From Formosa sp. Hel1_33_131 (GTDB taxonomy: Bacteria; Bacteroidota; Bacteroidia; Flavobacteriales; Flavobacteriaceae): a stretch of 32,000 nucleotides of DNA. The notes below the pieces were generated by a model. It was not told the origin of the DNA. It did no database searches and was given only the letters and a program-made list of their open reading frames with translations. Positions 10,401-16,626 of this stretch are shown piece by piece (within the stretch, counting starts at the first letter, position 1; every line of letters starts with the position of its first letter). The translations under genes and the position numbers were made by a program. The stretch lies in contig NZ_CP017260.1 of assembly GCF_001735745.1 (NCBI RefSeq), forward strand, positions 1,260,001 through 1,292,000. Direction: 5' to 3'.

Positions 10401-11994
10401 ATTCTTCGCGAATTCCGTCCAAAGGAGGGTTGGTGACTTGCGCGAATATTTGCTTGAAATAATTGTAAATCAGTTGAGGTCGTTCAGACAAAATAGCGAT
10501 TGGCGTATCGCTTCCCATAGAACCAATCGGTTCTTTTCCGAGCTGAGCCATTGGGCGGATAATAGTGTTTATATCCTCTTTGGTATAGCCGAAAGCAACT
10601 TCTCGTTTCTTTAAATCTACTTCCTCATATTCAATAGGACCTTTTTTAGCTGAGATGTCTTTTAAGTGTACTAAGTTTTCGTTCAACCATTTTCTATAGG
10701 GTTGTTTGGCGGCAATCTTTTCTTTGATTTCTTCATCATTGACGATGCGTCCTTCATTCATATCTACCAAAAACATTTTCCCTGGCTCAAGTCGTCCGTG
10801 AAATTCTACTTCTTCTGGTTCAATATCAACCACCCCTGTTTCAGAAGACATGATGACATTTCCGTCTTTAGTTACTGTATAGCGGGAGGGTCTCAAGCCA
10901 TTTCGGTCTAATACGGCTCCAATGAAATTTCCATCGGTGAAGGGTATAGACGCAGGGCCATCCCACGGTTCCATTTGACAGGAGTTGTATTCGTAGAATG
11001 CCTTTTTAGAATCGGACATGTCTGGATTTTTCTCCCAAGCTTCAGGGACTAACATCATCATCACTTCAGGAAGTGAACGTCCCGTCATTAATAATAATTC
11101 AACGACCATGTCTAAGGTTGCTGAATCGGATTTCCCTTTCAGAATTGTAGGGATTATTTTTTTGATGTCATCGCCAAAGGCATCACTTTTTATGATTTCT
11201 TCTCTCGAAAACATACGAGAAACATTTCCTCTTAAGGTATTGATTTCTCCATTGTGACATATATATCGGAATGGCTGTGCCAAATCCCAAGTCGGAAAGG
11301 TATTGGTTGAAAAACGTTGATGTACCAATGCCAATCGGGTGTCTAAGTCCGTATTAAAAAGATCCAGATAATATTCATTGATATGCTCTGGTTTTAGCAA
11401 GCCTTTGAATATGATAATTTTGGTGGAAAGACTTGGAAGGTAAAAGAATTTTGACTCCGATAACTTTGAGTCATATATTGTATGTTCTGATATTTTTCGT
11501 GCAGCGAACAATTTGAGGTTAAAATCAAACTCTGTTTGTTTTGAGTCTGATTTGCCTATAAATACTTGCTTTACAAAAGGCTCAGTTGTTTTGGCAATTT
11601 CTCCTAAAACAGCGCTATTAACAGGGACATCTCTCCAGCCTAAAACATGTAATCCTTGCTTTTTAATTTCGGCTTCAAAAATCTCTATACAGTAGGTTCT
11701 TTGGTTTTCTTTTCGAGGTAAAAATACATTACTCACTGCATAGTCTCCAGCTTCTGGCAATTCAAATTCACAGAATGTTTTGAAAAATTTATGAGGAATG
11801 TCGATCAAAATTCCGGCACCATCACCAGTTACTCCATCGGAACTCACCGCACCTCTATGTTCTAGTTTTACTAAAATTTCTAATGCTTTGTGAATGATAT
11901 CATTCGAACGCTTCCCCGTCAAACTACATATAAATCCTGCACCACAATTATCGTGTTCAAATTCGGGTAAATAAAGTCCTTGCTTTTTTAACAT
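7498..11994 (-). CDS. gltB: glutamate synthase large subunit
   Basis: 1498 aa. It has an Ntn-amidotransferase start (...[10 protein letters not shown]), a central FMN/Fe-S region ([23 protein letters not shown]) and a C-terminal GXGXG-repeat domain ([25 protein letters not shown]). Confidence 0.96.
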   Translation of the reverse strand: [1498 protein letters not shown]

Positions 11995-12152
11995 ACTTAA
12001 AATTGTTTCTGGTTAACCTTAATAAGCATGTAATATAATTGGTAAAAGTCTATTTAGAAAAAAGCCAAGTCACTTTTTCGAAATTCCAATTTAGATTACC
12101 TATAAATGCATTTTGAACAATGAAAGGCATGTTAGACTATCGAATAATCAAC

Positions 12153-12202
12153 GGGGAAATTGGTGGTTTTTCTTTCCCGCGAACCTAGGGGTTCCAAACC
12201 AC
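12153..12202. other. GC-rich nested inverted repeats in the gltB/porin divergent intergenic region
   Basis: Three inverted-repeat pairs: GGGGAAA (12153-12159) with TTTCCC (12173-12178), GTGGTTT (12163-12169) with AAACCAC (12196-12202), and GAACC (12181-12185) with GGTTC (12190-12194). Function unknown. Confidence 0.3.
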
Positions 12203-12269
12203 AAAAAGTAATGATACAAAAGCAACGCACTATTGAAATATCAAAAATATTATAAATATAATTACAATA

Positions 12270-12287
12270 CCCCCAAAATAAAGGGGG
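12270..12287 (+). promoter_or_regulatory. distal C-run/AT-core/G-run box (CCCCCAAAATAAAGGGGG)
   Basis: Same architecture as the boxes at 12322 and 14898 but with an 8-nt core. Its centre is 53 bp upstream of the proximal box centre. Confidence 0.35.
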
Positions 12288-12321
12288 TTAAAATAATTAT
12301 TACATAAAAATGACGCTAATA

Positions 12322-12364
12322 CCCTTATTTTTTAAGGGGGGTATGTCATTTATTATTAGTTTTG
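12322..12364 (+). promoter_or_regulatory. porin-amt promoter candidate: 20-bp box CCCTTATTTTTTAAGGGGGG, 15-nt spacer, -7 box TAGTTTTG
   Basis: TAGTTTTG (12357-12364) matches the Bacteroidota -7 consensus TAnnTTTG, 40 nt before the porin ATG. The box (12322-12341) sits where a -33 element would be. The glnK-amtB promoter has the same layout. Confidence 0.5.
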
Positions 12365-12404
12365 AGCCGTTAACTAAAATTATTAACTACTAAAATTAAC
12401 TATT

Positions 12405-13382
12405 ATGAAAAAAATTATTTTAAGTGCTGTTGCATTCATCGGAGCTTTGTCTCTAAACGCACAGGATGAAGCCCCTAAATTATCCATATCGGGTACTGTT
12501 GATGCTTATTACCAAAGTTACTTGACTGCTTCAGATGATGCATCTGGTTCTTTTGGAACCTCGTTTGCTGATGAAACTGGATTTGCTTTAGGAATGGCCA
12601 ATGTTGTTCTTAGCTATGAAGGTGAAAAAACTGGAGTTGTTGCTGATGTCGTTTTCGGCCCAAGAGCTGATGCTGCTGTTGGAGGTTACAACCTCAACCA
12701 ATTGTATGCTTACTGGAATGTAAGTGAAAACACAACCTTAACAGTGGGTCGTTTTAATACTTTCTTAGGCTATGAAGTCATTTCAGCTGCTGGAAATTTT
12801 AACTACAGTACGTCTTACTTATTCTCAAGCGGTCCTTTTTCTCATGTTGGGTTAAAAGCTGATTTTGCTTTAGGTGAAGATTTTAGCTTGATGTTAGCCG
12901 TCATGAATCCTACAGATGTAAACAACAACGCAACTGGAGATTATGGGTTAGGTGCTCAATTGGGTTATGCTGGTCAATATTTAAACCTTTATTATGACAA
13001 TGATTCTGTATTAGGTTTCGAAATTGACTATACAGGTGGGTTTGATTTATCTGAATCTTTTTTCTTAGGAATCAATGGTGCTTACCAAGTTAGTGACGAT
13101 GCTGGTTTTTACGGCGCTGCACTTTACCCACAGTTAGCAACATCTGAATCTTTTTCTATAGGATTAAGAGGTGAACTTTTTGGACTTCATGCAAAAGATG
13201 TTGATGATTTACCAAGTGTTTTTGCTACGACCTTAACTGGAAGTTACACAGTTGAAAACTTAACAATTAAACCAGAAGTAAGATTAGATTCATGGTCTAA
13301 TGACGAGCCTTATGTTGATACTGACGGTGTTGCTTCTAAGAGCTTAGCAGCATTTACTGTTGCCGCTATTTATTCTTTCTAA
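12405..13382 (+). CDS. outer-membrane beta-barrel porin linked to the ammonium transporter
   Basis: 325 aa with signal peptide MKKIILSAVAFIGALSLNAQ. The sequence is Gly/aromatic-rich with alternating pattern and ends ...FTVAAIYSF, a terminal Phe typical of OM barrels. It lies 32 nt upstream of amt with no terminator between. Confidence 0.8.
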   Translation: MKKIILSAVAFIGALSLNAQDEAPKLSISGTVDAYYQSYLTASDDASGSFGTSFADETGFALGMANVVLSYEGEKTGVVADVVFGPRADAAVGGYNLNQLYAYWNVSENTTLTVGRFNTFLGYEVISAAGNFNYSTSYLFSSGPFSHVGLKADFALGEDFSLMLAVMNPTDVNNNATGDYGLGAQLGYAGQYLNLYYDNDSVLGFEIDYTGGFDLSESFFLGINGAYQVSDDAGFYGAALYPQLATSESFSIGLRGELFGLHAKDVDDLPSVFATTLTGSYTVENLTIKPEVRLDSWSNDEPYVDTDGVASKSLAAFTVAAIYSF

Positions 13383-13414
13383 GGTCAATATTAACCAATC
13401 AAAATATATAATTT

Positions 13415-14704
13415 ATGTCACATTTAATTAACAACTTACCTCTAGTAATTCAAGATGCCGCTGCGGTTGAGAATCTTGCTAGTGCTATCAAAGACGATAT
13501 GGGGATGTTATGGATGCTTATTGCAGGTATCTTAGTATTCTTCATGCAAGCAGGTTTTACTTTAGTAGAATCAGGAATGACACGTTCAAAAAATGCAGTG
13601 AATATCGCAATGAAAAACTTGCTTGATATTGCTGTAGGATCTCTTACCTACTGGTTTGTAGGATACTCTCTCATGTACGGAGACACAACCAATGGTTGGT
13701 TCTTCTGGAGTGGAATTATGCAAGGTGAAGGTGCTGATTTATTCTTCCAAACAATGTTTGCCGCCACTGCTGCAACGATTGTTTCTGGAGCAATTGCTGG
13801 AAGAACAAAGTACTCAACGTACATTATCTTTTCAATCGTAATGACTGCTATTATCTACCCAATTGCAGGTGGATGGCAATGGCAAGGATCAGGTTGGTTG
13901 ACTGAGCTCGGTTTTATTGACTTCGCTGGTTCTTCAATCGTGCATGCCGTCGGTGGTTTTGCTGCTTTAGTGGCTGCTTATATGGTAGGTCCTAGAATTG
14001 GAAAATACGTAAACGGAAAAGTAATGCCTATTCCAGGACACAACCAGATATTAGCAACCTTAGGGGTGTTTATCCTTTGGTTGGGATGGTTTGGTTTTAA
14101 CGGTGGATCTCAACTTGCTTGGGGTGGAGACGATGCGGTTGCCGCTTCAACAGTGGTGTTGATCACGAATCTTGCTGCTGCTGCAGGTGCGTTAGGCGCG
14201 CTTATTACGACTTGGATCTGGTACGGTAAGCCAAATTTAGCGCAATCTTTAAATGGAGCGTTAGCTGGATTGGTGAGTATTACTGCAGGTTGTGGAAACA
14301 TGACAGCTGGTGGTGCTGTATTGGCCGGACTCATTGGTGGTATCATTGTGGTGTTCTCTATCGAATTTATCGAAAAGAAACTTAAAATTGATGATGCTAT
14401 TGGTGCTGCTTCTGTTCACGGAATCGTTGGATTCTGGGGAACAATCGTGATTGGACTTTGGGGTGTTGACGGAGACGCTGGACTTGGAATCTTCAACGGT
14501 GGTGGATCTGCACAACTTGTTGCACAACTGACTGGAGGATTGGCATATGCTGTATGGGCTGTTGTTCTTTCTTTTGTAGTGTTTGGAATCCTTAAGTACA
14601 CTGTTGGATTAAGAGTTACTGAAGAAGAAGAAGTTGCTGGACTTGATATCTCTGAACACGGATCTATTGCATATCCTGGAAAAAGAGAAAGAGGTCAAGA
14701 CTAA
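13415..14704 (+). CDS. amt: ammonium transporter (Amt family), copy 1
   Basis: 429 aa with Amt motifs FFMQAGFTLVESG, DFAGSSIVHAVGG and AASVHGIVGFWGT (twin-His pore). Confidence 0.95.
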   Translation: MSHLINNLPLVIQDAAAVENLASAIKDDMGMLWMLIAGILVFFMQAGFTLVESGMTRSKNAVNIAMKNLLDIAVGSLTYWFVGYSLMYGDTTNGWFFWSGIMQGEGADLFFQTMFAATAATIVSGAIAGRTKYSTYIIFSIVMTAIIYPIAGGWQWQGSGWLTELGFIDFAGSSIVHAVGGFAALVAAYMVGPRIGKYVNGKVMPIPGHNQILATLGVFILWLGWFGFNGGSQLAWGGDDAVAASTVVLITNLAAAAGALGALITTWIWYGKPNLAQSLNGALAGLVSITAGCGNMTAGGAVLAGLIGGIIVVFSIEFIEKKLKIDDAIGAASVHGIVGFWGTIVIGLWGVDGDAGLGIFNGGGSAQLVAQLTGGLAYAVWAVVLSFVVFGILKYTVGLRVTEEEEVAGLDISEHGSIAYPGKRERGQD

Positions 14705-14776
14705 CTTCAATATAGTATTGAGCGTTTAAATGCTCTCAAAAAATTAAAAATAAGTTTGTGATTTTTAGTTTGTGTT

Positions 14777-14817
14777 AAAAACCCTAGGGGCTCGCGCTTC
14801 TGGGGTTTTTATTTTTT
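14777..14817 (+). terminator. rho-independent terminator after amt copy 1
   Basis: AAAAACCCTAG (14777-14787) pairs with CTGGGGTTTTT (14800-14810) with one mismatch, followed by ATTTTTT. Confidence 0.7.
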
Positions 14818-14897
14818 AATTATTTTAGACAACAAACCTGACATACCTTCATGATAAATGGGTTAATTTTATTAATATCATAAAAATATTACACACA

Positions 14898-14940
14898 CCC
14901 CTCTATTTATTAGGGGGATCTTTGTTTTTAATTACTTTTG
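14898..14940 (+). promoter_or_regulatory. glnK-amtB promoter candidate: 20-bp box CCCCTCTATTTATTAGGGGG, 15-nt spacer, -7 box TACTTTTG
   Basis: TACTTTTG (14933-14940) matches TAnnTTTG, 23 nt before the glnK ATG. The box (14898-14917) has the same length and offset as the one at 12322. Confidence 0.5.
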
Positions 14941-14963
14941 AGGACAAACTAAAAATTAATTCA

Positions 14964-15302
14964 ATGAAAAAAGTAGAGGCAATCATTAGAAAATCTAAGT
15001 TTTCTGGTGTCAAAAAAGCACTGCACGAAGTCGGTGTCAATTTCTTTTCCTATTGGGACGTTACTGGCCTAGGAAACGAAAAAGAAGGCCATGTGTACAG
15101 GGGTGTTTCTTATAGCACGAGTGATATTCAAAGACGTTATTTATCTATTGTCGTGAACGATGATTTTGAAGAGGCAACGATCAAAGCCATCCTAACAGCT
15201 GCCTCAACAGGTGAGGTTGGCGATGGGAAAATTTTTGTATCACAGGTCGATGAAGTATATAGAATTAGAACCGGCGAAAAAGGCGGAAACACATTAAAAT
15301 AA
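14964..15302 (+). CDS. glnK: nitrogen regulatory protein P-II
   Basis: The ORF track starts at a TTG (14922). The ATG at 14964 gives a 112-aa protein, MKKVEAIIRKSKFSGVKKALHEVGV...GHVYRGVSY...TGEVGDGKIFVSQVDEVYRIRTGE, with P-II T-loop YRG and B-loop GDGKIF motifs. It lies 5 nt upstream of amtB. Confidence 0.92.
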   Translation: MKKVEAIIRKSKFSGVKKALHEVGVNFFSYWDVTGLGNEKEGHVYRGVSYSTSDIQRRYLSIVVNDDFEEATIKAILTAASTGEVGDGKIFVSQVDEVYRIRTGEKGGNTLK

Positions 15303-15307
15303 CAACA

Positions 15308-16549
15308 ATGGAATTACTTACTATCAATAACGTATGGATGATGATCTGTACGGCACTCGTCTTTTTTATGCATACCGGATTTGCGTTTCTCGAAATCGGA
15401 CTCACACGTCAAAAAAACACGATTAATATTTTATTTAAAAACATCTTTATTATCACGGCAGGACTTTTACTTTATTATGTCGTCGGCTTTAACTTAATGT
15501 ACCCAGGTGATTTTAATGGCGTCCTTGGATTTGCAGGTTTTGGATTGGATGCACCTTTAGCAGACGGAGCTTTTGATTTAGCATATAGCGAAGGCTATAC
15601 CTATTGGACTGACTTTTTATTCCAAGGTATGTTTGCCGCAACGGCTGCTACCATTGTTTCAGGTGCTGTCGCAGAGCGCATGAAAATTGGTGCTTTTATG
15701 ATTTTCACGGTCTTCTATGTAGGATTCGTGTATCCAATTGCGGGATCTTGGCAATGGGGTGGTGGATTTTTATCCTCATTAACTATTGGAGAAGCCGAAG
15801 GCTTTTATGACTTTGCAGGATCTACACTTGTACACTCTGTGGGTGGATGGGCTGCTTTGGTGGCTGTTTACCTTCTCGGTTCACGTATTGGGAAATTTAA
15901 CAACGGAAAGCCACAGGCTATTCCTGGGCACAGCATTCCATTAGCAACGGCTGGGGTTCTTATTCTTTGGTTAGGATGGTTTGGTTTTAACGGAGGATCT
16001 GTACTCTCTGCTGATCCAGAAGCAACGTCCTTAACGTTGGTAACGACTTGTTTGGCTGCTGCTGCGGGTGGTGTCATCGCAATGATTACCTCAACACTTT
16101 TATACAAAAACTTAGATTTAACAATGTTCCTGAATGGAATTTTAGGAGGTCTTGTAGGAATTACGGCGGGTGCCGATCAGATGAGTCCAGGAGATGCAAT
16201 TCTGATTGGAGCGATCGCTGGAGCACTTATTGTATTTGCCGTGAGCTTGGTCGATAAAATAAAGTTAGACGATCCCGTAGGTGCCATTGCGGTACACCTT
16301 ATTTGTGGAATTTGGGGAACCTTAGCGGTGGGTCTTTTTGGAGCCAAAGCAGGCTTTGATCAATTTCTAGTTCAACTTGTAGGGGTTCTGTGTTACGGCG
16401 TATTTTGTGTCGCAACCTCTTTTATTATTATATACACCTTAAAGAAAACAGTGGGTATTAGAGTTTCGGAGCGTGAAGAGCTCGAAGGGCTTGATGCACA
16501 CGAACATAAAATGGATGCTTACCCCGATTTCAGGTTAAATGAGCACTAA
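15308..16549 (+). CDS. amtB: ammonium transporter (Amt family), copy 2
   Basis: 413 aa with motifs FFMHTGFAFLEIG, DFAGSTLVHSVGG and AIAVHLICGIWGT. Forms the classic glnK-amtB pair. Confidence 0.95.
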   Translation: MELLTINNVWMMICTALVFFMHTGFAFLEIGLTRQKNTINILFKNIFIITAGLLLYYVVGFNLMYPGDFNGVLGFAGFGLDAPLADGAFDLAYSEGYTYWTDFLFQGMFAATAATIVSGAVAERMKIGAFMIFTVFYVGFVYPIAGSWQWGGGFLSSLTIGEAEGFYDFAGSTLVHSVGGWAALVAVYLLGSRIGKFNNGKPQAIPGHSIPLATAGVLILWLGWFGFNGGSVLSADPEATSLTLVTTCLAAAAGGVIAMITSTLLYKNLDLTMFLNGILGGLVGITAGADQMSPGDAILIGAIAGALIVFAVSLVDKIKLDDPVGAIAVHLICGIWGTLAVGLFGAKAGFDQFLVQLVGVLCYGVFCVATSFIIIYTLKKTVGIRVSEREELEGLDAHEHKMDAYPDFRLNEH

Positions 16550-16572
16550 CCACTTATTTCAAATTAGTCAAC

Positions 16573-16605
16573 AAAAAGCCTCTAAAATAATTTTAGAGGC
16601 TTTTT
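16573..16605. terminator. bidirectional terminator between convergent amtB and ppc
   Basis: Perfect 15-bp palindrome AAAAAGCCTCTAAAA-TAA-TTTTAGAGGCTTTTT with A/T runs on both sides. Confidence 0.85.
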
Positions 16606-16626
16606 AATTTGATGTAAATTTTGATT

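Noticed and set aside
7731-11695. Multiple 60-85-aa plus-strand ORFs inside gltB (7731, 8652, 8759, 9544, 10702, 11018, 11513), and similar ones inside ilvD, ilvN/ilvB, gltD, amt, amtB, CYTH and the aldehyde dehydrogenase
   Set aside because: They are antisense or alternative-frame ORFs within long, motif-supported genes. They have low-complexity or odd composition and no independent support.
12000-12404. Glutamine or other nitrogen riboswitch upstream of gltB or the porin
   Set aside because: I could not recognise any known riboswitch core by eye. Only generic hairpins are visible, and these are reported as a low-interest structural finding instead.
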